Shown one piece after another: positions 1-12,600 of a stretch of DNA of 64,000 nucleotides. A model generated the notes under the pieces. It ran no database searches. It saw only the letters and a list, made by a program, of their open reading frames with translations, and was not told where the DNA came from. Each line of letters begins with the position of its first letter. Position 1 is the stretch's first letter. This DNA is from Ranitomeya imitator (Eukaryota): assembly GCF_032444005.1 (NCBI RefSeq), contig NC_091286.1:405604001-405668000 (forward strand), in the 5' to 3' direction. Made by a program: the position numbers and the translations under genes.

Positions 1-2046
1 TTTCCCATTGGGTGGCGAAAAATTTCAGTCTGCCCCCTACTGGTATATCCTCAGAATTTATTGTCTTTTGGGGGGTTGGGTCTTCTAAACATGGTACCTC
101 TTTGCCTGTCCTCTTTAGCAGTCCATGTTGTAGACCTATCCGTTTGCCTCCTTTTACCAAACGGTCTCCTCTTAAAGGCTCTCCTGTAAAAGGGAATGGA
201 GGAATCAGGGAAAGCTTTCTTCCTGTCCTTTGCCTTTTTGAGTATATCATCTAAGGTCTTGCCAAAGAGGTACTCACCCTCGCATGGGATTGCGCATATT
301 TTGGATTTAGACTGCGCGTCCCCTTTCCAGCTTTTCATCCAAAGTGCGCGTCTTGCATTATTCACAAGACCTGCGGATCTCGCTGCTAATCGAAGAGAGT
401 CGGCAGATGCGTCCGCCATAAAAGCTGCTGCTCCACGTATTAAGGGGATGGCCGCTCGAAGTTTCTCTCTCGAAACTTTATTTTCGATCTGCTGGTCCAA
501 CTGATCAATCCAAATGATCATTGACCGGGCAGCGCAGGTGCTGGCTACTGCAGGTTTAAAAATTCCAGTAGCCGCCTCCCAAGATCGCTTAAGGGATGAT
601 TCAGCTTTGCGATCTAATGGATCGACCAGAAGTCCCGCATCCTCCACAGGCAGAGTGGATTGCTTGGAGGTAGAAGCTACGGCTGCATCGACCTTAGGCA
701 CTTTGGTCCATGTAAGGAGCTCCTCATCACTAAACGGATATTTACGTTTAGACGCGGAGGGCAAAAAGCTTCTTTGATCCTGCTTCTCCCACTCTCTTTT
801 AATTAATGCTTTCACCGCTGGTATAACCGGAAAACATCTCCTCTTTCTCTCTGCCAAACCCGCAAACATAATTTCCTGCGTGGTTTGCGCACCCTTTACC
901 TCCTCACACCCCATGGTATTGCGGATTGATTTTACCAAGTTGTCCACACTGTCTAAGGGGAAACATGAACGCCCCTCGATTTCTGAGGAAGATGATGATG
1001 ATGATGATAGGGAGGCTTCTGACAGTAAGTGTTGGTGTTTTTGACTTAGCTTTACGCGGTTTTTCCTGGGTCATATTTTTAAGCTCCTCTCTAATAATGG
1101 CCCGTAAGTCCGTAAGGGACACTGTCGCTCCCTGAGTTGTTTCCTTAAAACAGTCTTTGCACAGTTTTTTTGCACAGTCCTTATGCTTGGACTTTTGTCG
1201 TTTTTTTGACTGGGCGTAAAAAGTAGCGAGAGAGAGAGAAAAGAGAGAGAAATAGGGAGACAGCGTCAGCTTAATAGGCAGAGTTTAACCACTCACCCAG
1301 TGAAGCGAATAGTACCGGATCAGAAGGCCGAGATCCTGTTCTGGAACCGTCACTCTTACGAGCGGACTCCGAGGATCCTTTGGTGTGATCTTTGGTGGGG
1401 GGCACTGGATCTCCAGCTGTGGGGTCCATGGCACCTGGGGATGACATCTCTGCATCGCCGCATTATTGTTTCTGGGCGTTTTTAAATAGTGCGCCCATTT
1501 CCTCTTTTTTTTTTTTTTTCTTTTTTTTTCTCTCTCCCCGCTGCGCAATGCGCATGCGCGGGTTGCCGCTGGCTCCCCCGCCCCAGATCCGGCCTAGGCG
1601 CCCCGGAAGTGACTCCTTCAGTTCCGGGGTAGCCAGTATTGCGGCAGTCGGCGCATGCGCGGTCCGGGATTCAGCGCCGGACCGCAATGGAGGTTGTCTT
1701 ACCCGGCTCCTTGCCGCACCGCACGCCGGAGAAGACGCCGGGCGGCCCTCCCCGGACCCGGCCGTCTGCTCCATCCACCAGCTGAGGAGGGAGCCGTCTA
1801 ACGGAACTCCCCCGACGCTGCTTCTGAGCTGCAGCCCCTGCCGTTCTCACGGACACCGCACAGGCGGCATGCTAGCCCAGGTATGTTGAAGTCGTCCTGT
1901 TGTTCCTGGATTGTTCCCGCAGGAACAGGAAACCTAAACTGAGGAGGAGAGGTGGACCGCCCCCTTTTATTTCTCGGTAGGTTTCCTGTTCCTGCGGGGC
2001 GGATCCCTCTCTCCAGTGGGGTGCTGTCGTGGCGAAAGGGAAAAAA
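1..2046 (-). mobile_element. DIRS1-type tyrosine-recombinase retrotransposon, 5' half (left terminus, ORF1, start of pol); continues beyond the left window edge
   Basis: ORF1 resembles LAP2alpha-like DIRS gag. The pol start PVGGRLKFFATQWE is read at 43->2, immediately after the ORF1 stop. The terminus on the - strand begins TTTTTTCCCTTTCGCCACG at 2046. Confidence 0.8.
51..947 (-). CDS. DIRS1 ORF1 (gag-like, LAP2alpha-related domain); upstream part frameshifted (continues to ~1200)
   Basis: 298-aa ORF with motifs typical of amphibian DIRS ORF1 (VPKVDAAV, DPLDRKAE, ARRALWMKSW, LFGKTLDDIL). Confidence 0.8.
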   Translation of the reverse strand: MDNLVKSIRNTMGCEEVKGAQTTQEIMFAGLAERKRRCFPVIPAVKALIKREWEKQDQRSFLPSASKRKYPFSDEELLTWTKVPKVDAAVASTSKQSTLPVEDAGLLVDPLDRKAESSLKRSWEAATGIFKPAVASTCAARSMIIWIDQLDQQIENKVSREKLRAAIPLIRGAAAFMADASADSLRLAARSAGLVNNARRALWMKSWKGDAQSKSKICAIPCEGEYLFGKTLDDILKKAKDRKKAFPDSSIPFYRRAFKRRPFGKRRQTDRSTTWTAKEDRQRGTMFRRPNPPKDNKF

Positions 2047-2129
2047 GTGATTGCCCCCCCTTCAAACATAAATTAACTGTACTTTATCACATCTTTGAGA
2101 AACCGAGTTCAAATTCGCTATCCAGACTC

Positions 2130-2987
2130 AGGCCTGATTACTGTCATACCTGTTTTCAATCAAGAAAACACTAAAATTGGACTTGCCTGTCAAAGTGAAG
2201 TAGACCAAAATATTCTCAAAAGCTAGGCACCAAGCCACAATGCAAAGTAATTCTGGAAAAAAAAGAGAAAAAGCAATTGAGATCCATCAGTCTGGAGAAG
2301 GTTATAAAGCCATATCTAAAGCTTTGGGACTCCAGTGAACCACAGTAAGAGCCATTATGCACAAATGGCAAAAACACGGAACAGTCGTGAACCATCCCAG
2401 GAGTGGCTGGCTGACCAAAATTATCCTGAGAGTGCAGCAACTGCTCATCCAAGAGGTCACAAAAGATCCCACAACAACATCCAAAGAACTGCATGCCTCA
2501 CTTGCATCAGTTAAGGTCAGTGTTCATGATTCCACCATAAGAAAGAGACCGACCAAAAATGGCCTGCATGGCAGAGTTCCAAGACAAAAACCATTGCTGA
2601 ACAATAAGAACATCAAGGCTTGTTTCAGTGTTGCCAGAAAACATCTTGATGATGGGAAAATACTCTGTGGACTGACAGCAAAAGTTGAACTATTTGGAAG
2701 ATGTATGTCCCATTACATCTGGTGTAGAAGTAACACAGCATTTCAGAAAAGGAACATCATACCAACAGTAAAATATGGTGTTGGTCTCTGGCTGTTTTGC
2801 AGCTTCAGGACATGGAAGACTTGCTGTGGTAAATGGAACCGTGAATTCTCCTGTCTACCAAAAAATCCTGAAGGAGCATGTCCATTTGTTCATGACCTCA
2901 AGCTGAAAAGCACATGTGTTATGCAGCCGGACAATGATACAAAACACACCAGCAAGTCCACCTATGAAAGGCTTAAGAAAAACAAAA
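2130..2987 (+). pseudogene. Decayed Tc1/mariner transposase
   Basis: ORF 2357-3061 has Tc1 paired/HTH and DDE-region motifs (PRSGxxTKI, STIRKR, GRVPRQKPLL, QPDNDTKH). The native start is mutated, there are internal deletions, and the 3' end is cut by a MITE at TTAA 2988. Confidence 0.85.
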
Positions 2988-2991
2988 TTAA

Positions 2992-3310
2992 AGTGAACCT
3001 GTCACCAGGTTTGGCCGATATAACATACGGCCACCGCCTTTCAGGGCTTAGCATTCTATAATACTGCAGATAAGCCCCCGATCCGACCTGAAAGAATAGA
3101 AAAATAAGTTTTATTATACTCACCCGGGGGGTTTTCTGGTCTGATGGGTGTCGCAGGTCCGGGTCCAGCGCCTCTCATCTTCTTATGATCGCCACCCTCC
3201 TGCTTGCTTCATGGCTCCCCGGCATCGCGCTTCTGTGCAGGAGTACTTATCTGCCCTATTGAGGGCAGAGCAAAGTACTGCAGTGCGCAGGCGCTGGGCC
3301 TCTCCGACCT
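2992..3310. mobile_element. Kolobok/T2-type MITE, truncated
   Basis: TTAA at 2988-2991 followed by AGTGAACCTGTCACC, a terminus similar to the MITEs at 18909 and ~51195. Confidence 0.6.
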
Positions 3311-5764
3311 TTTTCTACTGTACAAGCACCGCCATCTTGATGGAGCCTAATTTTTTTTTTCTAGCAAAATTACGTCAGTGGCGGTGCCTGGCGTTCCGAT
3401 AGATGCTATTGCGGAGGTGCGACCATTTTGATGAAGCCTATTTTTTTCTCTGTCAAAATGATAGTGCCTGAGCCATTTTGTTTGAAAAAAATTCTTAGCT
3501 CCTTTACCCATGAGGGTGGTTTACATGTTAATGACCGGGCCAATTTTTACAATTATGACCACTGTCACTTTATGAGGTAATAACTATGGAAAGTTTCAAC
3601 TGATCCTGGTGATTCTGTGATTGTTGTTTTGTGATATATTGCACTTCATGATAGTGGTAAAATTTATTCGGTATGACTTGCGTTTATTTGTAAAAAAAAA
3701 AAAAAAACGAAATTTGGCGAAAATTTGGAAAATTTCACAATTTTCCAACTTTGAATTTTCATGCCCTTAAATCAGAGAGATATGTCACACAAAATAGTTA
3801 ATAAATAACATTTCCCATATGTCTACTTTATATCAGCACAATTTGTAACCCAATTTTTTTTTTGTTAGGAAGTTATAAGGGTTAAAAGTTGACCAGCGAT
3901 TTATCATTCTTCCAACAAAATTTACAAAAAAATTTTTTTAGGGACCACATCATATTTGAAGTCACTTTGAGGGGTCTATATGACAGAAGATACCCAAAAG
4001 TGACACCATTCTAAAAACTGCACCCCTCGAGGTGCTCAAAACCACATTCAAGAAGTTTATTAACCCTTCAGGTGCTTCACATGAATTTTTTGAAAAAAAA
4101 AATTAACATTTAACTTTTTTCACAAAAAATTAACTTGAGATCCAATTTTTTTCTTAATTTGACAAGGGTAACAGGAAAAATGGACCCCAAAATTTGTTGT
4201 ATAATTTTTTCTGAGTATGCCGATACCCCCATATGAGGGAGAAAACCACTGTTTGGGCACACGGCAGAGGTCAGAAGGGATGGAGCACCAATGCAAAATT
4301 TGATAGCACAGTTGGCTGACGCCATGTTGCATTTGGAGAGCCTCTGATGTGCCTAAATAGTGAAAATCCCCCACAAAAGACACCATTTTGGAAACTAGAC
4401 CCCTCAGGGAACTTATCTATATGTGTGGTGAGCATATTTAACCCAAAGATGCTTCACAGAAGTTTATAATGTTGAGCCATAAAAACCAAATTTTACCCAC
4501 AAATATGTTTTCAACACAAAATAATCGATTTTCATAAGGGTAACTGGAGAAATTGCACCATAGAATTTGTTGTTCAATTTCTCCTGAGTATGTCGATGCC
4601 CAACATGAAGAAAATTACTGTTTGGGCGCACGGCAGGGCTTGGAAGGGAAGGAGCGCCATTTGACTTTTTGAATGTAAAATTTCCTGGAATCATTAGTGG
4701 ACATCATGACCCATTTGGAGAGCCCCTCATGTGCCTAAACAGTGAAAATCTCCCACAAGTTACATCATTTTGGAAACTAGACCCCTCAGGGAAGTGATCT
4801 AGATGTGTGGTGAGCACACTGAACCATCAGGTGATTCACAGAAGTTTATAACACTGAGCCGTGAAAATAATAAAATCACATTTTCCTCACAAAAATGTTG
4901 TTTTAGCCCTAAGAGTTTATTTTTTCTAAGGGCTAATAGGAATTTTTTGTACAAACTGAGGTCCATTATTTCCTGAGTGCGTCAATACCCTACATGTAAT
5001 CGAGAAATATTTTTCAGGCACAGTGCAAAGCTCAGAAGGCAAAGAGCACCAGATTTTACTGTTATGGTTTGCAGGTCCGATGTCCTACTGGGAGAGCCCG
5101 AGGTGCCAGAACAGCAGAAACCCCCATAAGTGATCTTATTTTACAAAAGAAAAGGAAGAGGAGAATTTGCTGAATTTATTTTGGCAGGTGAGGAGCCATT
5201 TTGCTTTTCCAGAGCTTTTGCGCTACCAGTAACATGGAAGACCCCTATAATTCCGTTAACAGATGACGGACCTGAGTGATGGCTTGCTTTTTTTGTGGAT
5301 TTAATTGAAGCTTTTATTGGGAACATTTTACATAACGTTTGTGATCACAGTTATCCGGTGCTCTACACTTAGCACTTACTGTACTTTAGGGTTTCCATCT
5401 AAATCTCTGAGTGACGTGATTCAGATGAAACCCCCGAGGGATCTGTTTACTATAATAAGGAAAGAGAGTTACTCTGAACTCCGTCTGGCCTCTTTTCAGC
5501 AGTGTCCTTTTCAGAAGTGCACAAAACTGTGGCCGACGGCACTTTTATGCAATCCTAAAAAGACAGACACTGCTGGATCAGAGGTCAGACGGCATCCACA
5601 GCGTCTCCATCTGCCTCATTACAGGAATCTTCTGCCAGGGGTTCCGTCTGATTCACATATTTCAGAGATTTACACAGAAACCCTGGTGTAAGCACTCAGC
5701 GCAGAGCGCAGGATAAATGTGCACCGATACTCTCAAAGAATTATATCGGCACGAGGTGCATACA

Positions 5765-6936
5765 GCTTAAATCATAAAGTAGACCTCAGAAAATATATAA
5801 AACCACTATTTATTGCTTAAAATCAAGGCGACAAACCCAACCCATAGTGACCAATAAACAAAACAAACCAAAAATACAAAACGTGCTATAAAAACACCAT
5901 TGAACTAATGGGGAAGGTTATATCACCCTAGCCAGGTCATCTAGATGCTCCCCTACCTGGCTGCGGAGGTAGACACCCTAGGGGGAAACGTACTGGCGCC
6001 CCCGCTCCACGATGACTATCCCTAGGGGCCCTAGTGTGCGCTACAACACCTAGTGACAACCTCTACCCAGCATCTAAAGGGTCCTCTAGCACTATACAAA
6101 GATCTACTGTGCTAGGGAATGCCTATACCCCAAAACGAACAAGGAAGACAATAGACACCTATGGCGGTAGGTGAAGTAAATATATCAACACAACGGATAG
6201 TACTACGGACTGGGTGGGCAATAAAGGGTAGCTCACATAAGATTGGATATATTGCTACCAGACAGATCTTCCTGATTCACACCGACTGGAGCACCCTTAT
6301 TAAGTACCCCTGATACACCACCAATTCCTGTGTCATTCCCAATATATCAATATATATGGAGACCATGAGTACTCATCTGTCGGCATGTCCACACTACCGC
6401 CATCTATTATGAACGCTTCAACGCGTTTCGCCTGCCACGGCTCTTCAGGAGGCCAGATATCATGATACGTAGTGTCACTTATGATAATGGATAGCTTAAG
6501 CGCCCAGTCTCACCTTATCTACTTATATATCTGCCGCCAGCCATGCTCGCTCGAGGTGCCGTCTGACCACTTCCTGTGGCGTGCCCCAAGTTGCACTGCG
6601 CATGTCCACTCCGATCTGCGCACAGGGGACATCAAATAGCAGCCTCCTGCGCAGGTATCCCTATGTGTGTCCGAAGCGGGAGGTTTAAAAACACTACTGC
6701 GCATGTCAATATCACGTCACACAATGCCGCTGACCAACTGGATAGATACAGCGGAGGCACCGCCTGTCGGATTAATAAGGCAGCAAAAGCAGCACAGAGT
6801 GATATATGTGTCTGAAGCGGGAGGTTTAAAAACATTACTGCGCATGTCAATATCACACCGCACAGGGTAATGCCGCTGACCATCTGGATAAATACAGCGG
6901 AGGCACCGCCTGCCGGATTAATGAGGCAGCAAAAGC
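5765..6936 (-). repeat. PLE1 3' pLTR arm (inverted partner 16064-17234); includes two ~141-bp tandem units at ~6665-6940
   Basis: AGCTTAAATCATAAAGTAGACCTCAG (5765) is the reverse complement of 17209-17234, and the match extends along the whole arm (~98% by eye). Confidence 0.9.
6415..6453 (-). ncRNA. Minimal type I hammerhead ribozyme in the PLE1 pLTR (helix I carries a mismatch)
   Basis: - strand reads GCCTC CTGAAGA GCC GTGGCA GGC GAAA CGCG TT GAAGC. Confidence 0.75.
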
Positions 6937-7527
6937 CGCACAGGGAGATAGCTATTCTTATCTGCTAGAGGTCTATAAACTCCTCTACTAATATGCAAAT
7001 CTTACTTTCATCACTATATAAACGTTCGTGGTCTAATTTCCACCTTGATTGTAGAATAACATCAGCTGTACTTATCTCTCAAGATTAATATAATAGATCA
7101 CAGGGCACAGCATAATTCTAGGTGTATCAATATAAGCCAACACCACGTACGTAATATGTCACAGCCACAAATGCCCACCTATTGGATACAGAGCATAGTA
7201 CTTTAGTACATGTTGGGCATAGGGCATGATAAACATGTTGCAAGTTGTCTGTTTTATAGGATGAAAGATTGCACACATTGGGCCACCAGACCCAAGGCAC
7301 CTAGAGAGGATATAAAGCTATACTACGGCAATAGCAGATGGTAGAAGGTGAGATAAGGATAAATCCTAGGAATGCAATGCATACTAGATATGTCATGGAA
7401 ATCCATGTGAATCCTCAAAAATGAGGACCCCATCGAAAACAATGGTTTAGCCATAGAATTCTTAAAACCGAACCTATAAAAAGTATAGGATTACACATCC
7501 CGAAGGTATAGCACTATAAGTTGTTAA

Positions 7528-9648
7528 TTACAGAAAACATGTATACGATATTTGCTCGTTAATTCCCTTCGGTTCAAGAGACTCCATCCTAAAAATCCAT
7601 TCACATTCACGTCTCAAAATCAATCTATCCAGATTGCCTTCTCTCGGGTTCACTTTCACCACCTCTAAGATAGTGAATCTAACCCCTGTTGGATCTTCAC
7701 TATGGTGAGTGTGCATATGTTTTGCCAATGGGGTATCCCTCTTATGGCGAACGTCGCCCATATGCTCCCCCACTCTTCTCCTAAACTCCCTCTTGGTTTT
7801 CCCAACATAATCCTTTGGGCAGGAGCAGGACGCCACATACACCACATCATTAGTTTTACAGTTTGAAAAATCACGTTGGTGAAAAATTCTACCTGTAGTG
7901 GAGCTCTGAACCTGTTTACACGGTCTCATCCACTGACACAGACTACAGTCTCCGCACCTAAAAAAGCCACAAGGCCTCCTATCCAACCAGGTCCCACCGG
8001 ATTTAGGTTGCTGGTACTGGCTATGTACCAACATATCTTTAATGGAGCGGCCCTTCCTGAATGTAATGTTAGGGCGTTCACCCGCCACGTCCATCAAATC
8101 CGGATCTAGTTTCAGGATATCCCAGTGTCTAGCAAAGGCCTTTCTGACCTCTTGATGCTGTGTGTCAAAAGTGCCAATGACCCTTATAGTATCATCGACC
8201 CCCGTCCTCCTATGTTTCTGCAACAACCCTTGTCTATCGGTCCTCCTTTCAAAGTCATAGGCCCTGCTCACGACAGGTCTCGGGTACCCCTTCTCTCTGA
8301 ACCTGTCGAACATATCACCAGACTGGCTCATAAAGGTATCCTCCCTGGAACAATTCCTCCTAAGCCTGAGGAATTGCCCCTTAGGTATCCCACTCTTCAG
8401 GGAGACCGGATGGTGACTGTCCCAGTGTAACAGACTGTTAGTGCTTGTCGGCTTTCTATAAATGCTTGTAGCTACTTGTCCACGTGCTTCTTTCACAATT
8501 TTCAAGTCCAGAAACGCCAACTCTATCTCACTGATCTCCGATGTAAATTTCAGGCCCACCTTATTTATGTTCAAACACCCCATAAACATTGTGAACTCCT
8601 CTTTTGTGCCAGTCCATACCATAAAAACATCGTCAATATATCTGTACCAGATGGATATAAGTTTATGCCACCACCTCTCTTCATCTCCAAAAACGATGGT
8701 CTCCTCCCACCAGCCCAGGAACAAATTAGCATACGACGGGGCACAAGGACACCCCATCGCTGTGCCCCTGAGCTGGTGGAAGTGTTTGCCATCGAAGGTA
8801 AATGCATTATGGGTGAGTATATATTCAAGCAATGTTATGACGAAATCGTTATGTTCCCTGCATCTGATTGATCTTTGTTGCAGAAAACACCTAGCTCCCT
8901 CAATACCTGCCCGATGCGGGATACTACTATATAATGCTTCTATGTCAATGGAAGTTAGCCAGGAGTCCTCTCCCAAATGCACCCCCTCCAGTTTTAGAAG
9001 CAAATCAGACGTATCCCTGAGGTAAGATGGCATAGCAGTGACGAATGGGCGGAGGACTTGGTCAACATACAGTCCACAATTTTGTGTCAGGGAATCCACC
9101 CCAGACACAATGGGACGCCCCTTCATGGGATGATATCCCTTATGCACCATAGGTAGTGCGTAAAAGGTTGCAGTTAAGTGAAATTGTGGTAGCATGAAAT
9201 CAAATTCACCCCGTGAGATAAGTTGGCGCGACAGCGCCTCTTCCAAAATTGATCTCAGATCATTTTTAAACATCTCAAGTGGGTTAGTGGTGAGTACTTC
9301 ATATGTAGTCCTGTCTTGTAGGATAGAGACACAGAGAGCTCGGTACTCGGGATGATCCATGATCACTAAATTCCCCCCTTTATCAGAGGGCTTTATGATC
9401 AACAGATCATTACTCTTAAGGCCATCTAATGCTCTTCGTTCATCCTCTGTGAGATTGTCCCCGGTCCGCCAATCCGTTTTCCTCAGTTTTTTAAGATCTC
9501 TTTCCACCAGAAGAGAAAATAGATCGATGTTACTCGTGTCACCTCGTGGTGGCATCTTCACACTTTTGTTTTTCAATGAGGTGAACGGGCCTTTACCTTC
9601 CTCCGGTGTCATATTAGGCTCCAGGAGTAGCCCACATAGGGCCTCATA
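7528..9648 (-). CDS. PLE1 reverse transcriptase + GIY-YIG endonuclease (C-terminal 704 aa plus the duplicated YE codons)
   Basis: RT motifs KPSDKGG, GRPIVS, DIEALYSSI, GTAMG, YIDD. Neptune-type Cys cluster CGFFRCGDCSLC. GIY-YIG-like VYVASCSCPKDYVGKT...RRRVGEH. No internal stops. Confidence 0.92.
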   Translation of the reverse strand, partial: YEALCGLLLEPNMTPEEGKGPFTSLKNKSVKMPPRGDTSNIDLFSLLVERDLKKLRKTDWRTGDNLTEDERRALDGLKSNDLLIIKPSDKGGNLVIMDHPEYRALCVSILQDRTTYEVLTTNPLEMFKNDLRSILEEALSRQLISRGEFDFMLPQFHLTATFYALPMVHKGYHPMKGRPIVSGVDSLTQNCGLYVDQVLRPFVTAMPSYLRDTSDLLLKLEGVHLGEDSWLTSIDIEALYSSIPHRAGIEGARCFLQQRSIRCREHNDFVITLLEYILTHNAFTFDGKHFHQLRGTAMGCPCAPSYANLFLGWWEETIVFGDEERWWHKLISIWYRYIDDVFMVWTGTKEEFTMFMGCLNINKVGLKFTSEISEIELAFLDLKIVKEARGQVATSIYRKPTSTNSLLHWDSHHPVSLKSGIPKGQFLRLRRNCSREDTFMSQSGDMFDRFREKGYPRPVVSRAYDFERRTDRQGLLQKHRRTGVDDTIRVIGTFDTQHQEVRKAFARHWDILKLDPDLMDVAGERPNITFRKGRSIKDMLVHSQYQQPKSGGTWLDRRPCGFFRCGDCSLCQWMRPCKQVQSSTTGRIFHQRDFSNCKTNDVVYVASCSCPKDYVGKTKREFRRRVGEHMGDVRHKRDTPLAKHMHTHHSEDPTGVRFTILEVVKVNPREGNLDRLILRRECEWIFRMESLEPKGINEQISYTCFL

Positions 9649-12600
9649 TGTTGTGAATTCTGTTGTCAAGCTCCCTCCTGTGGTCATGAATGGTACTTCG
9701 GCTGGTTCTGTCCATGGGCTTCCTCTGGTGGTTGTGAGTGGGGCTGCGGCTTCTGAGTTTCCTTCCACAGGTGACGAGGTTAATTCGTTAGCTGGCTGCT
9801 CTATTTAACTCCACTTAGATCATTGCCCCATGCCACCTGTCAATGTTCCAGTATTGGTCTGTTCACTCCTGGATCGTTCTTGTGACCTGTCTTCTCCAGC
9901 AGAAGCTAAGTTCCTGTTTGTTTTTCTCTTGTTTGCTATTTTTCTGTCCAGCTTGCTATTTTGATTTTTGTCTTGCTTGCTGGAAGCTCTGGGACGCAGA
10001 GGGAGCGCCCCCGCACCGTGAGTCGGTGCGGAGGGTCTTTTGCGCCCTCTGCGTGGTTTTTTTGTAGTTTTTGTGCTGACCGCAAAGTCACCTTTCCTAT
10101 CCTCTGTCTGTTCAGTAAGTCGGGCCTCTCTTTGCTAAATCTATTTCATCTCTGTGTTTGTGATTTTCATCTTAACTCACAGTCATATGTGGGGGGCTGC
10201 CTTTTCCTTTGGGGAATTTCTCTGAGGCAAGGTAGGCTTATTTTTCTATCTTTAGGGCTAGCTAGTTCCTTAGGCTGTGACGAGTTGCATAGGGAGCATT
10301 AGGAGCAATCCACGGCTATTTCTAGTGTGTGTGATAGGATTAGGGATTGCGGTCAGCAGAGTTCCCACGTCCCAGAGCTTGACCTGTATTATTGTAACGA
10401 TCAGGTCTTTCTGTGTGCACTTAACCACCAGGTCCATTATTGTCCTAACCACCAGGTCATAACAGTACAGGTGGCCCAAAGTATTAATGCATCTCAATAG
10501 AGGGATAAGAGAAGTTCTGAGACCATTTTTTTTTCTTTGCACTGTGTTTTGCCTTTCTTTTCCCCTAGACCTCTGGGTGGTTCAGGATACAGGTGTAGAG
10601 ATGGATATTCAAGGTCTGTCCTCTTGGATGGATAATCTCACTGCAAGTGTACAAAACATTCAAGATTTTGTGGTTCAGAATCCGATGTCAGGGCCTAAGA
10701 TTCCAATTCCTGATTTGTTTTTTGGGGATAGATCTAAGTTTCTGAATTTCAAAAATAATTGTAAATTGTTTCTTGCTTTGAAACCTCGCTCCTCAGGTGA
10801 CCCTGTTCAACAAGTGAAAATCATTATTTCTTTGTTACGTGGCGACCCTCAAGACTGGGCATTTTCCCTTGCGCCAGGAGATCCGGCATTGCGTGATGTT
10901 GATGCGTTTTTTCTGGCGCTTGGATTGCTTTATGATGAACCAAATTCAGTGGATCAGGCAGAGAAATTCAAGATTTTGTGGTTCAGAATCCGATGTCAGG
11001 GCCTAAGATTCCAATTCCTGATTTGTTTTTTGGGGATAGATCTAAGTTTCTGAATTTCAAAAATAATTGTAAATTGTTTCTTGCTTTGAAACCTCGCTCC
11101 TCAGGTGACCCTGTTCAACAAGTGAAAATCATTATTTCTTTGTTACGTGGCGACCCTCAAGACTGGGCATTTTCCCTTGCGCCAGGAGATCCGGCATTGC
11201 GTGATGTTGATGCGTTTTTTTCTGGCGCTTGGATTGCTTTATGATGAACCAAATTCAGTGGATCAGGCAGAGAAAATCTTGCTGGCTCTGTGTCAGGGTC
11301 AGGATGAGGTAGAGATATATTGTCAGAAGTTTAGGAAGTGGTCTGTACTCACTCAGTGGAATGAGTGCGCCCTGGCAGCAATTTTCAGAAAGGGTCTCTC
11401 TGAAGCCCTTAAGGATGTCATGGTGGGATTTCCCATGCCTGCTGGTCTGAATGAGTCTATGTCTTTGGCCATTCAGATCGATCGACGCTTGCGTGAGCGT
11501 AAAGCTGTGCACCATTTGGCGGTATTATCTGAGCATAGACCTGAGCCTATGCAATGTGATAGGACTTTGACCAGAGCTGAACGGCAAGAACACAGACGTC
11601 GGAATGGGCTGTGTTTTTACTGTGGTGATTCCACTCATGCTATTTCCGATTGCCCTAAGCGCACTAAGCGGTTCGCTAGGTCTGCCACCATTGGTACGGT
11701 ACAGTCGAAATTTCTTTTGTCCGTTACTCTGATTTGTTCTTTGTCATCCTATTCTGTTATGGCATTTGTGGATTCAGGCGCTGCCCTGAATTTGATGGAC
11801 TTGGAGTTTGCTAGGCGCTGTGGTTTTTTCTTGGAGCCCTTGCAGTATCCTATTCCATTGAGAGGAATTGATGCTACGCCTTTGGCCAAGAATAAGCCTC
11901 AGTACTGGACCCAATTGACCATGTGCATGGCTCCTGCACATCAGGAGGATATTCGCTTTTTGGTGTTGCATAATCTGCATGATGTGGTCGTTTTGGGGTT
12001 GCCATGGCTACAGGTCCATAATCCAGTATTGGATTGGAAATCTATGTCTGTGTCCAACTGGGGTTGTCAGGGAGTACATGGTGATGTTCCATTTTTGTCA
12101 ATTTCGTCGTCCACTCCTTCTGAAGTCCCGGAGTTTTTGTCGGATTACCGGGATGTATTTGATGAGCCCAAATCCAGTGCCTTACCTCCTCATAGGGATT
12201 GCGATTGTGCTATTAATTTGATTCCTGGTAGTAAGTTTCCTAAGGGCCGACTGTTCAATTTGTCTGTGCCAGAACACGCCGCTATGCGGAGTTATATAAA
12301 GGAATCCTTGGAGAAGGGTCATATTCGCCCGTCGTCGTCACCATTGGGAGCAGGGTTCTTTTTTGTGGCCAAGAAGGATGGTTCTTTGAGACCTTGTATT
12401 GATTACCGCCTTCTTAATAAAATTACAGTCAGGTTTCAGTATCCTTTGCCGCTGCTGTCTGATTTGTTTGCTCGTATTAAAGGGGCTAGTTGGTTCACCA
12501 AGATAGATCTTCGAGGGGCGTATAATCTTGTGCGTATTAAACAGGGCGATGAATGGAAAACAGCATTTAATATGCCCGAGGGCCATTTTGAGTACCTGGT

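Noticed and set aside
10465-10482. tRNA primer-binding site
   Set aside because: Does not start with TGG (the complement of CCA). Intramolecular complementarity explains it better.
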